Source: a candidate division CPR2 bacterium GW2011_GWC2_39_35
GTDB taxonomy: Bacteria > Patescibacteriota > CPR2
Assembly: GCA_000995065.1 (NCBI GenBank)
Contig: LBWX01000001.1
Coordinates: 223,563 to 287,562, forward strand
DNA: 64,000 nucleotides
Direction: 5' to 3'
Positions 16,957 to 26,502 of this stretch are shown here, in pieces. The notes beneath the pieces were generated by a model that did no database searches, was not told the DNA's origin, and saw nothing but the letters and a program-made list of their open reading frames with translations. Every line of letters starts with the position of its first letter. Position 1 is the first letter of the stretch. The position numbers and the translations under genes were made by a program.

Positions 16957-18140
16957 TTCTTTCTCCTGGACGCCTTGGTTATTTCTTTTTCTTCCTCTTC
17001 ATTATTTAATCTTGCATATTCCATTATAACTTCAGCCATCGATTCCGAAGCGTCTTCTTTTCCAAATTCTTTGCTTTTTTTAGCCAAGAAAGCTAGCTCG
17101 CCGGGCTTTTCGAAAATAAGCTTTATCTGTCTTATAAAGACATCTCTTGATAAATCATCCTCGGTTAAAGTATAAGCTGCTCCAAACCTTGTTACAATTT
17201 GAGCATTTCTAAACTGGTGAGCCGAACTGCTAACGCCAAGAGGTATTAAAAGCATTGGCTTTCCTATTGCCGAAGCTTCGGATATGAAATTCTGACCGGC
17301 TCTGCCTATTACCAAATCGCTAACCGCAAAAGCATCCCGAAGCTCATTTGACAAAAAACTAAAAACTTTATATTTATTTTTAAGATCATCTTCTAATTGG
17401 GATTTTAAATATAAAAGCCATGATATATCATTATCGCCACAAACGTGAATTATTTGAAAATCCTTTAATAATTCCGAAAGTGATTCGGCGATTAAAGAAT
17501 TAATAAAATGAGAACCTTGGCTCCCACCCACTATCAACAAAACCGGTTCTTTAATATTTAACTCAAAGACTTCTCTACCCTCCTTTAAGCTGCCTGTTAA
17601 CATCTCTTTTCTTATAGGATTGCCGGTATAAACCACTTTAGCTCGCGGCAAATCGTGATAATAATTTTCTGGATAAGAAACCATTATCCGAGATGCAAAT
17701 CGCGACAATATTCTATTGGCAAGCCCCAAAATGCTATCAGATTCGTGGATGATTATCGGATAATTTAAAGATGCCGCTGCAAAACCAATAGGCAGTCCGA
17801 CATAGCCGCCTTTTATAAAAACAAGATCGGGATCATATTCTTTAATAATGGCCCGACTCTCAAAAAAACCCTTTATAACCTTAAAAAAATCAATCAAATT
17901 CTTAAAAATTGTTGTCGGATCAACAATATTTAATAGCAGGTTGTTATGATATCGGCGAAATTTTCCAGCAGAGACAAAATGATAATTCAAACCAAGTTGT
18001 GGAATAACCTTTGTCTCCATCCCTTCGCTGGAACCAATATATATTATGTCTTTAACGCCTTTTTTTTCTAGTTCTTCTACTACCGCTAAAGTAGGATAAA
18101 TATGACCCCCAGTTCCCCCGCCAGCTACCAGAATTCGCAT
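16953..18140 (-). CDS. murG: Lipid II GlcNAc transferase
   Basis: GGGTGGHIYP, KGGYV, HESD, TGNPIR and GGSQG motifs. Confidence 0.97.
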   Translation of the reverse strand: MRILVAGGGTGGHIYPTLAVVEELEKKGVKDIIYIGSSEGMETKVIPQLGLNYHFVSAGKFRRYHNNLLLNIVDPTTIFKNLIDFFKVIKGFFESRAIIKEYDPDLVFIKGGYVGLPIGFAAASLNYPIIIHESDSILGLANRILSRFASRIMVSYPENYYHDLPRAKVVYTGNPIRKEMLTGSLKEGREVFELNIKEPVLLIVGGSQGSHFINSLIAESLSELLKDFQIIHVCGDNDISWLLYLKSQLEDDLKNKYKVFSFLSNELRDAFAVSDLVIGRAGQNFISEASAIGKPMLLIPLGVSSSAHQFRNAQIVTRFGAAYTLTEDDLSRDVFIRQIKLIFEKPGELAFLAKKSKEFGKEDASESMAEVIMEYARLNNEEEEKEITKASRRKK

Positions 18141-19272
18141 GAATAACCTCCTCTTTAGTATATTTGGAAATGTTTAGTAAAATACCGACTGCAAATAAAG
18201 AAAATAAAAGTGATGAACCGCCGAAACTAACAAAAATCAGAGGGACGCCGGTGAGCGGTAATATTGATACCATTGCTCCTATATTAATAAAGATTTGCAC
18301 TAAAAACCAGGTAGAAATCCCGACTGCAACGAATCTGGAGAAATCATCCGGAGCATTTTTTGCAATTTTGTACCCTCTGATAATTAAGACTAGGAACAAT
18401 CCCAGGATAAGAAGGGATCTTAAAAATCCTAATTCTTCGGCAATAATCGGAAAAATGGCATCCGTTGTAACTTCTGGAAGATAAAGAAATTTTTGCCTGC
18501 TTTGATTAAAACCAACGCCAAAAAGCCCCCCATTGCCAACCGCGATCAAGCTCTGAGTTATCTGATAGCCAAGTCCCGATGGATCTGCTTCGGGATTTAA
18601 GAAAACGGATAACCGAGCGAGACGATAGCTTTCTAGTTTAATAAGCCCCATAACGGCAAAGAAGCCACCAACCAAAAATGTCCCCAAGATTCTAAAATTG
18701 GCACCGGCAATAAAATAAATTACAAGCCCGGTTGCCGCAATGATTAAGGTTGTCGAAAGATTGGGCTGCATTAAAATTAGTACAGAAAGTGCCGCCAACA
18801 TCAACATAAAGGGCAGAATTACTTCAAAAGTATTAATCTTAGCTAATCTCTGCTCAAACCATAACGAAAGATAAACAATAAAAGCTACCTTGATAGCTTC
18901 TGCCGGCTGAAAAGAGATTATTCCAAAATCTAGCCACCTCTGAGCCCCACCAGCGACTCTACCGGTAACTAAGACCAAGATCAGTAGGAATACCGTTATA
19001 GCAAAGAATTTTGTACCAATTTTACGCCAATGAGGATAATCAATCCTGTAAGACAAGGCCCAACCAAAGATACCTAATGCCAATGATGCTACTTGATGGT
19101 AAAGAAATTTAGTTGTAGTTTCGCCTCCTGTTACCGCATAGCTTTTTACAACCGAAGCAGAAAAAACCATAACTAAGCCTACTAAACATAAAATAAAAAC
19201 CATTAAAGCTAAGATATAATCCGGCCGATGAGGTCGCGGCAATCTGGTTTGATAATTATTTCGATTGTTCAC
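18052..19272 (-). CDS. ftsW: SEDS peptidoglycan polymerase FtsW
   Basis: GAQRW, FQPAE, YLPEVTTD and PLTGVPL…SFGGSS motifs. Confidence 0.95.
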   Translation of the reverse strand: MNNRNNYQTRLPRPHRPDYILALMVFILCLVGLVMVFSASVVKSYAVTGGETTTKFLYHQVASLALGIFGWALSYRIDYPHWRKIGTKFFAITVFLLILVLVTGRVAGGAQRWLDFGIISFQPAEAIKVAFIVYLSLWFEQRLAKINTFEVILPFMLMLAALSVLILMQPNLSTTLIIAATGLVIYFIAGANFRILGTFLVGGFFAVMGLIKLESYRLARLSVFLNPEADPSGLGYQITQSLIAVGNGGLFGVGFNQSRQKFLYLPEVTTDAIFPIIAEELGFLRSLLILGLFLVLIIRGYKIAKNAPDDFSRFVAVGISTWFLVQIFINIGAMVSILPLTGVPLIFVSFGGSSLLFSLFAVGILLNISKYTKEEVIHANSGSWRGNWGSYLSYFSGSRRTRKKRR

Positions 19273-20351
19273 TATAGCTTACCTAATAAATTTAAGACGA
19301 TACCAAAAACTGCAGATATGGCCCCGATAACCCAGAATCTCATTGTTACCTTCGGTTCCGGCCATCCCTTGGCCTCTAAATGATGATGAATCGGAGCAGA
19401 AAGAAAAACTTTTTTACCAAAAAATTTTTTAGAGATTAGCTGGATGATAACCGAAAGAGTTTCAAAAACGAACACGCTAGCGATAATTGGCAAAAGAAAA
19501 ACGGTATCAGTAAGCATCGCCACCACACCTAAGGTTGCCCCCAGCGACACCGCCCCGGTATCCCCCATAAAAAATCTTGCCGGAAAAATATTAAACCAAG
19601 TATAAGAAAGTACCGCCCCCACAATAGACGCACAAAATGCCGCGATTCCATAATAACCTTGGAGTAAAGAGATGATAGAATAAGCCCCAAATGCCAATAT
19701 TAGTAAGCCTCCCGACAGACCATCTAGGCCATCGGTTATATTTACTGCATTTGCCGCCGAGACCACCACAAGTATAAACAACGGAATGTACCAATATTTA
19801 ATATTCACAACACCAATAATAGGAATATCAATAAAGGATCTGCCTAGCTTAAAATAAAACCAAAAAGCGCCTGCAAAACTGATGGCTAGAAGCCAGCCAA
19901 TTTTTACTTTCGCCTTGATTCCTGCAATTCCGGCGCCTAATCCTTTTATATTAATATAATCATCAATAAGCCCTAAAATGCCCACAGAAACTAGCGCAAA
20001 TAAGAGTAGCCAGGTCTGAGTCCTGTCAAAATTCGTCACCAACGTTATGATCGCAACAGGGATCCAAATTAAGATTCCAGCCATTGTTGGGATATGACGC
20101 TTGTGTTTGCTACTATGAAGACTCGAGTAAACCTCTGCATCTTCTTTCCCATTACTAATCCAAGTTGTAGTTCTGGCATTCTTCCACCACTTATTTTTAT
20201 ATGCAAAATAGGTAAAAAGCGGTGTTAGAGTCATTGATAAGGCAAACGTAATAAAAGCCGTCAAGCCCGCTCTTAAGAATTGCTGTAAGATAAATTGATC
20301 GATAAATAACATAACTTTTAAGATTTTACCCCATTTAACCCTTAATAACAA
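19272..20351 (-). CDS. mraY: Phospho-MurNAc-pentapeptide translocase
   Basis: PTMAG, LIDD, NAVNITDGLDGL, FMGDTG and APIHHH motifs. Confidence 0.97.
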   Translation of the reverse strand: MLLRVKWGKILKVMLFIDQFILQQFLRAGLTAFITFALSMTLTPLFTYFAYKNKWWKNARTTTWISNGKEDAEVYSSLHSSKHKRHIPTMAGILIWIPVAIITLVTNFDRTQTWLLLFALVSVGILGLIDDYINIKGLGAGIAGIKAKVKIGWLLAISFAGAFWFYFKLGRSFIDIPIIGVVNIKYWYIPLFILVVVSAANAVNITDGLDGLSGGLLILAFGAYSIISLLQGYYGIAAFCASIVGAVLSYTWFNIFPARFFMGDTGAVSLGATLGVVAMLTDTVFLLPIIASVFVFETLSVIIQLISKKFFGKKVFLSAPIHHHLEAKGWPEPKVTMRFWVIGAISAVFGIVLNLLGKL

Positions 20352-20370
20352 TGTCCTACCATATATTTTG

Positions 20371-22125
20371 TCACTTTTCGTCTGGTGGAATTTGATAATA
20401 CTTTAGCAGATTATCTGCAATATCGTGAAATACCGGAGCAGCAGTGGACTCCGCCCAGATAACGTCTTTGGGATTATCTATTTTAGCGAATATAACAAAC
20501 CTTGGATTTGAAGCCGGCGCAAAACCTACGAAAGAACCAATTGTCTTGCTTTGATCGTAACCACCGTTTTTGGGGTCTGGAACTTGAGCTGTTCCCGTTT
20601 TTCCCGCAGTTTTATATCCCTGAACTTTTGCCTGTTTTCCATGACCTTTTTCAACTGTACTTACCATCATAGTTGTCAAATTTCTAGAAGCTTCTTCAGA
20701 TATGACCCTCTTGATGGTTTCTGTTTGCTTTTTTAAATCTTTTTTGCCCTCTTTTACAAAAGAGTCAATTAGCCTTGGTCTTACTAGATTTCCCCCGTTA
20801 GCAACTGCTGACATCGCAGCCGTAATTTGAAGCGGCGTGACTGTAATTGCCTGGCCAAAACTCATCGAAGCATAGGCATGATCGTTAACGTCCTTGGGTT
20901 TACTAACATAACCTTCATCCTCGACACTAAGCTCGATCCCTGCCTTAGTGCCAAAACCAAATTTATTAGTAATATATTCGTAAAATGGTTCCTTGCCGAT
21001 CTTTTGCATAATATAAGTTGTGCCCAAATTTAAAGACTGCTCCAAGATATAGCTCATCGAAACAATGCCATGAGCTTTCTGATCCGAATTCATTATTTTA
21101 TGTCCGTCGATGACAATCTGACCCTTATCCTCAAATGTATCCTCCGGTTTAATTTTCCCGGAATCAAGTCCCGCCGCCATGGTGATTATCTTAAAAATTG
21201 AGCCAGGTTCATACTGCCTTAAAGTCTTATTATCAAAAAATCCATAATCAGTGATTTTCTGATAGTTATTTAAGTCTACATCCTCTTGTTTTAGCGCATA
21301 ATTAGCCATCGCTATAATTCCACCCGAATATGGATCCATAACAATAACACTGCCGCCATCAGCTTTATGGCTTTCCACGGCTTTCTTAAGCACTTCTTCC
21401 GTATTCGCTTGAATATTTTTATCAATTGTTAATACTAAATCATCACCATCCTTAGGACTCACTAAAACATTGTCGCCATTAGCGATTCTGACTCCCGTAG
21501 CATCGGTTTCTGCCTTTAATTTACCGGGGACACCCGATAGCTCTTTATCAAAATCTTGCTCCAAGCCATACTGCCCTTTTCCATCCATGTTAACAAATCC
21601 CAAAACCTGAGCTAAAAGTGACTTTTCCGGCCAAAAACGCCAAGATTCAGGCACCAAGACCAATCCGTAAACATCGAGCTTCCCTATTTTTTCAGATTCT
21701 TCGTCGGTAAGCTTATGTTTTAAGGGTACATAATGATCTGAATTCGATAGCATTTCTAATATCTTATCTTTAGGAATGCCGATTATTGGCGAGAGCTTTT
21801 CTGCGGCTTCTCCCAAATCCCCTTTTTTCTTAATTTCATTTGGCACCGCATACAACAAATCAAGAGTGTTATTCATAGCGACAACAGATTTTCCATCATC
21901 CGAATACTTGTCCTTTAGGTATATTTTACCTCTCTTGGCGGGAAGCTCGGATTGCCTATAGTATTGGTTTTTTGCTAAATCGGCATAGTGATCGTGTCTT
22001 AAAATTTGCAAGAAAAAAAGGCGACCTCCCAAAACAAACATCGCAAATATCGCCATTAATTTAAGCAAAGAGATTCGTCTTTTTATATTATGATTTCCAT
22101 AGCTTGACATCAATTTAGAGTTCAA
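20371..22125 (-). CDS. ftsI: Class B penicillin-binding protein (FtsI)
   Basis: EPGSIFK, SLN and KTGT motifs with an N-terminal TM; dcw context. Confidence 0.93.
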   Translation of the reverse strand: MNSKLMSSYGNHNIKRRISLLKLMAIFAMFVLGGRLFFLQILRHDHYADLAKNQYYRQSELPAKRGKIYLKDKYSDDGKSVVAMNNTLDLLYAVPNEIKKKGDLGEAAEKLSPIIGIPKDKILEMLSNSDHYVPLKHKLTDEESEKIGKLDVYGLVLVPESWRFWPEKSLLAQVLGFVNMDGKGQYGLEQDFDKELSGVPGKLKAETDATGVRIANGDNVLVSPKDGDDLVLTIDKNIQANTEEVLKKAVESHKADGGSVIVMDPYSGGIIAMANYALKQEDVDLNNYQKITDYGFFDNKTLRQYEPGSIFKIITMAAGLDSGKIKPEDTFEDKGQIVIDGHKIMNSDQKAHGIVSMSYILEQSLNLGTTYIMQKIGKEPFYEYITNKFGFGTKAGIELSVEDEGYVSKPKDVNDHAYASMSFGQAITVTPLQITAAMSAVANGGNLVRPRLIDSFVKEGKKDLKKQTETIKRVISEEASRNLTTMMVSTVEKGHGKQAKVQGYKTAGKTGTAQVPDPKNGGYDQSKTIGSFVGFAPASNPRFVIFAKIDNPKDVIWAESTAAPVFHDIADNLLKYYQIPPDEK

Positions 22126-22131
22126 AACACA

Positions 22132-22464
22132 TTATTTAACCGCAACCGTAGAAGTCCAAGGAACATAGTTGATTTTCTTTACCGTCTCCAAGCTACTTGC
22201 AGTTGTGCTTCTTTGAATTTCGGTAATAGACTGGAGTCTGGCAACCTCTAATTCGAGCTTCTCGCTTTCTAGCTCTATTTCCGCCTTCTTCTTTTCTAGG
22301 GCCGCTAGATCATAACCCCTTACCGCCAAACGGCTAGACTGGGCTAAATATAAAAGAATTAGCACAACAACAATTGTTATAACCATAAATGACATGCTTA
22401 CTGGACCTAAGATCATGCTTTTTTGATACTGTTTGTTAATCTTGGGATTTCTCTTCGAATTCAA
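22132..22464 (-). CDS. ftsL: FtsL-like bitopic coiled-coil protein
   Basis: Short cytoplasmic tail, TM and leucine-zipper-like region directly upstream of ftsI. Confidence 0.7.
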   Translation of the reverse strand: MNSKRNPKINKQYQKSMILGPVSMSFMVITIVVVLILLYLAQSSRLAVRGYDLAALEKKKAEIELESEKLELEVARLQSITEIQRSTTASSLETVKKINYVPWTSTVAVK

Positions 22465-22502
22465 TTCTGCTCCTAAATTTTTATTTTTGTTTTTCTCTAT
22501 GA

Positions 22503-22736
22503 AATAGAGTCCCTATATGAGGGACTCTATTATGGGACCTAAACCACCCTCCTGTAGCTTATGTCTTCAAGCATCTAGCAGTCAGATTTGTTTTTGTTTT
22601 TATTTTTTCTTCGCCATTTGGGCGAATCTTGTGGTGGAAAGTTTTGTGAAAGAGGTGGATTTTATTAAAAGAGATGGATTTTAAATTTTGAGGTGCATAG
22701 GATCTGACTCCTGACTGCTAGATGTCTTAAGACATA
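22503..22736 (-). ncRNA. Structured intercistronic RNA element between mraZ and ftsL
   Basis: 14-bp perfect long-range stem (22572-22585 with 22711-22724) extended by 22560-22567 with 22729-22736. The loop carries four UCCACCUC-like motifs. Followed by AGGAGGGTGGTTTAGGTCCC and a 12-bp hairpin at 22503-22531. Confidence 0.7.
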
Positions 22737-22762
22737 TATTTTCTATTTAATTGTCAAGGTTC

Positions 22763-23194
22763 TTATATACCTAAATTTCCTAAATGCTCTGCAATTTCGT
22801 TGCTTTCTTTCTCGGTTTCCGCTTTGTAAGCTCCCCACTTATCCTGGCTCCAGATTTCTATCCGATTAAACAAGCCAGCGACAACAACTTCTTTGACTAC
22901 GCCAGCATAATCTCTTAAATAAGCTGGTAAGATAATTCTACCTTGTTTATCAATATCTACTTCCATGGCTCCGGCTAACATCAGTCTAGAAAATGCCCTA
23001 GCGCTAGCTTGGCTAATTGGTAACTCGCTTAACCTTTCGGCCAGTTTTTGCCATTCGTCTTTTGTATAAAGAAACAAACAGCTATCCAAACCTCTCGTTA
23101 CCACTGCCCCACCAGCAAGACTTGCCCTGAACTTAGAAGGAACCGCGAGTCGTCCCTTGTCATCTATATTATGCTGATATTCTCCGATAAACAT
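22763..23194 (-). CDS. mraZ: Division/cell wall cluster repressor MraZ
   Basis: MFIGEYQHNIDDKGR…DKQGRI…IEIW. Confidence 0.98.
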   Translation of the reverse strand: MFIGEYQHNIDDKGRLAVPSKFRASLAGGAVVTRGLDSCLFLYTKDEWQKLAERLSELPISQASARAFSRLMLAGAMEVDIDKQGRIILPAYLRDYAGVVKEVVVAGLFNRIEIWSQDKWGAYKAETEKESNEIAEHLGNLGI

Positions 23195-23218
23195 TTATCC
23201 CCTTTTCAGGCAGGTTAT

Positions 23219-23293
23219 CCACTATTTTCTACCACTTATCCCCACTTCCTACCACTTGAAACCATTATATACCACAAGCCCTCCCCCGGTCAA
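23219..23293 (-). promoter_or_regulatory. mraZ promoter with MraZ-binding GTGG repeats
   Basis: TTGACC…TATAAT. GTGG boxes at 23232, 23242 and 23252 (10-bp period), plus 23219 and 23272. Confidence 0.8.
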
Positions 23294-23439
23294 CACTTTT
23301 TAATAAAAAACTTTTAAAAGATACTTAAATCTTTTGGAAAAATAAACAGCAACCGCTATACGTGATAACGATTGCTTAATGAATAATAAGCGTTGGCATT
23401 TATGTTGCTTGATCAAACTCTGATTCGGTAATCTCAGAA

Positions 23440-23546
23440 AGGAATCAAGAATAATGAATTAAGAGAGAATGAAGAATAAGAGAATATAGCAATAACTAGT
23501 TTTAAATTCTTAACACTTAATTCTAGACTCTTAATTCTTTATTCTA
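23440..23546. repeat. Low-complexity GAATTAA/TTAATTC heptamer-like imperfect inverted repeat
   Basis: GAAT(T/A)AAG units followed by CTTAATTC units, downstream of glyQS. Confidence 0.6.
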
Positions 23547-23569
23547 TGGCTTTGTCGTATCTGCCAAAC

Positions 23570-24961
23570 TTAACAAAACTTCTCCCCTAAATATTCTTTG
23601 AGGCTCCCAATCCCCACTCTATCTTGCTTCATTGTATCTCTATCCCTTACAGTCACAGCATTATCTTTAAGAGTGTTAAAATCTATTGTCACACAATACG
23701 GGGTGCCGATTTCATCTTGTCTTCTATATCTTTTGCCGATGCTCTGGGTTTCATCGTAATCGCACATATAACTGGTTTTTAGCAGATCAAAAACTTCTTT
23801 AGCTTTAGAAATCAGGTCTTCATTTTTAGAAAGTGGTAGGATTGCAATCTTGTATGGCGCCAATTCTTTTGGTAGCTTTAAAACGGTCCTTATTTCGATC
23901 TTATCACCAGACCCAATCTCTTCTTCCTCATATGCCGATAGCAAAGCCACTAACATGGTTCTCTCAACCCCAAAAGTTGGTTCGATAACATGGGGAATAA
24001 ATTTCTGATTTGTCACTGGATCTACATACACTATATCTTCACCAGAAGCCTTTTCGTGATGACTTAGGTCATAATCGGTTCTATAAGCAAGCCCCCACAA
24101 TTCTTTGGTTCCAAATGGGTATTTAAATTCAACATCGATTGTTCTTTTTGAATAATGAGCTCTCTTCTCGGCTGGAATCTCATGAAGATAAATATCTTCA
24201 TCCTTAAGACCAATGGCTTTAGCAAATCTTTGCATCTCCTTTAGCCAGAACTCGAAACTCTTTTCCCAATCCTTGGGATTTATAAAATATTCGATTTCCA
24301 TCTGCTCAAATTCTCTGGTTCTAAAAACAAAATTACCAGGCGTCACCTCATTCCTAAAAGCCTTGCCAATCTGTCCAATTCCGAATGGTATTCTTTTTCT
24401 GGTAGAAGCTAAAACATTTTTAAAATTAACAAAAATTCCCTGAGCTGTCTCCGGTCTTAAATAAGCCGCCGATTTAGTATCCTCGACAACCCCAATATAT
24501 GTTTTAAACATGAGACCAAATGACCTGGCATCCGTCCAGTTTATAGATTTGCAATTGGGACAAGCAATCTTATCCTTTTGGATAATTCTAGATATTTCCT
24601 CTAAGGATTTTCCCTCTACGTCCTCCCCAGTTGTGTCTTCAACAAGATGATCTGCCCTGAAACGAAGCTTGCAATTTAAACAATCAACCAAGGCATCTGC
24701 AAAGCCGCCAACGTGACCAGAAGCCTCCCAAACTTTAGGATTTAAAATAATAGCGCTATCAAGACCAACCATGTCCATTCTTTCCTGAACAAAGTGCTGC
24801 CACCATAGCTTTTTGATATTATTTTTAAGCTCAATACCCAAAGGCCCAAAATCCCATGTATTAGCAAAGCCGCCATAAATTTCTGACGATGGATATATAA
24901 AGCCTCTTTGCTTTGCAAGGGATTGAATTTTCTCCATCGTCACTTTTTCTGTTTTTTCCAT
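23570..24961 (-). CDS. glyQS: Glycine--tRNA ligase (alpha2 type)
   Basis: YLRPETAQG, GKAFRNE, REFEQMEIE and IGKRYRRQDEIGTP motifs. Confidence 0.97.
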   Translation of the reverse strand: MEKTEKVTMEKIQSLAKQRGFIYPSSEIYGGFANTWDFGPLGIELKNNIKKLWWQHFVQERMDMVGLDSAIILNPKVWEASGHVGGFADALVDCLNCKLRFRADHLVEDTTGEDVEGKSLEEISRIIQKDKIACPNCKSINWTDARSFGLMFKTYIGVVEDTKSAAYLRPETAQGIFVNFKNVLASTRKRIPFGIGQIGKAFRNEVTPGNFVFRTREFEQMEIEYFINPKDWEKSFEFWLKEMQRFAKAIGLKDEDIYLHEIPAEKRAHYSKRTIDVEFKYPFGTKELWGLAYRTDYDLSHHEKASGEDIVYVDPVTNQKFIPHVIEPTFGVERTMLVALLSAYEEEEIGSGDKIEIRTVLKLPKELAPYKIAILPLSKNEDLISKAKEVFDLLKTSYMCDYDETQSIGKRYRRQDEIGTPYCVTIDFNTLKDNAVTVRDRDTMKQDRVGIGSLKEYLGEKFC

Positions 24962-24971
24962 GAGAACTCCT

Positions 24972-25358
24972 TTAAAAATCAAAAAAATCGGTATTTCTTA
25001 ACTCTTCAAACGCTTCTTCATCTAATTTTCCTAGGCTAACTAGATATTCCAAATCTTGAACAAAATCTTTATACAACGCATGGAATAGCTCCAGGTTTTC
25101 TTCTTTTATCACCGAAAAGGCCCTAAAGTTTTCAGAAACCCATTCCTCGACTTCCCTTTCAGTCATCATCTTGCCTTCTGTCTTAGAAGGGTTATTTAGC
25201 ATTCTGTCTGGCACGTCGCAACCCCAAAATTCGTAATCCTCAACATTCCAAGCTAGTTCGCTTTTTCCTGTCGGATACTTTTTTTTCCAAGCATCTTGGC
25301 GCTTTGACTTTTCCTTTTGCATGTGCCTTATTTTACTCTTTTTTAGCTTCCAGGTCAA
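24972..25358 (-). CDS. Hypothetical protein
   Basis: 128-aa ORF coupled between recO and glyQS. Confidence 0.7.
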   Translation of the reverse strand: MTWKLKKSKIRHMQKEKSKRQDAWKKKYPTGKSELAWNVEDYEFWGCDVPDRMLNNPSKTEGKMMTEREVEEWVSENFRAFSVIKEENLELFHALYKDFVQDLEYLVSLGKLDEEAFEELRNTDFFDF

Positions 25359-26098
25359 TTTATAATATTTACTTTGGCAATAAATTGCTTAGATTTTAAA
25401 GACCGATGAAGTATCTTTTCGATGTACGATTCATTAAATTTTTTAATTTCCATAAGCAGTTCGTCCAAATTGGAAACCTTTATGATAATGTCTTGATCAA
25501 ATCTAAGCATCATTCTCATAAGCTTAATAGCATTATCACTTACGGCATATGCTTCTGGATCTTTTCTAAAACAATCGTGGCACAAAACCCCTCCAAAATT
25601 CTTGCTTAGGCTGCATTTTCCAGGATCTAAAGATTCATGGCAATTAACGCAAGACTCCAGTTCCGGGCCAAAGCCAAGTTTTGAGAAGATTCTAATTTCA
25701 AAGATACTTAATGCTAATTCGGGACTTATTTTAAGACCGTTTAAAGCCTTAATAAATTCTCTATAAACCGCAGGGTTTGGCTCCCTATCGGGAATAATCT
25801 TATCTAAAATCTCTGCCAGATAATAAGCCTTGCCCAACTTTCCTAAATCTTCTCGTAAAAACAAAAATCTTTCCTTTGTTTCTGCCGAACACAAAGTGTC
25901 AAAGTTCTTCCCCTCTGCAAACATAAAATTATTTAAATAAAAAAGATCGAGGCTGCCAGCCATTTTGCTCTTAATTTTTCTAGCTCCTTTGGAAATCACG
26001 GTTATTTTACCTTTTGCAGGAGTAAAAACTTTAAGAAGTAAATCTGCTTCTTTAAAGCTGGATCTTTTTATAATAATTCCTTCTGTTTTATACGTCAC
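25355..26098 (-). CDS. recO: DNA repair protein RecO
   Basis: OB-fold N-terminus (EGIII…EAD…KGARK) with a CxxC…CxxC zinc finger. Confidence 0.95.
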   Translation of the reverse strand: MTYKTEGIIIKRSSFKEADLLLKVFTPAKGKITVISKGARKIKSKMAGSLDLFYLNNFMFAEGKNFDTLCSAETKERFLFLREDLGKLGKAYYLAEILDKIIPDREPNPAVYREFIKALNGLKISPELALSIFEIRIFSKLGFGPELESCVNCHESLDPGKCSLSKNFGGVLCHDCFRKDPEAYAVSDNAIKLMRMMLRFDQDIIIKVSNLDELLMEIKKFNESYIEKILHRSLKSKQFIAKVNIIN

Positions 26099-26486
26099 TT
26101 AGAGGAAGAACCTTTCTTATCTTTTCTACGACCTCGTCGGGAGTGTGCCTGGATTTAATCAGATAATCTCTAACGCCAAGGGCATAAATAAGCTCCTGAT
26201 TCATGTCGATCTTAGCTTCTCCGAGATTTGTGAGCATGATTACCGGAATCGATCTATAATCCGGAATCTTTTTCATTTCCTTTAAGACTTCGAAACCATT
26301 TACATCCGGCATCAGTATGTCTAAAAGAATTAAATCTGGTACTAATTTCCCCTTCAACTTCTCTAGAGCTTCCTTACCGGAATGAGCTAATTCTACTCTG
26401 TAGCCCTCCATTTCCAATTTGGTCTCATACATCTCCACCAAAATGATATCATCTTCGACTAATAAAACTGTTTGTTTCTTTGACAT
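26088..26486 (-). CDS. Single-domain response regulator
   Basis: LLVEDD, DLILLDILMP, LTN and K motifs. Start MSKKQ after a GAGGAGG RBS; the longer ORF-track start overlaps the kinase. Confidence 0.92.
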   Translation of the reverse strand: MSKKQTVLLVEDDIILVEMYETKLEMEGYRVELAHSGKEALEKLKGKLVPDLILLDILMPDVNGFEVLKEMKKIPDYRSIPVIMLTNLGEAKIDMNQELIYALGVRDYLIKSRHTPDEVVEKIRKVLPLSDV

Positions 26487-26502
26487 TATGCCTCCTCTAA
26501 AA

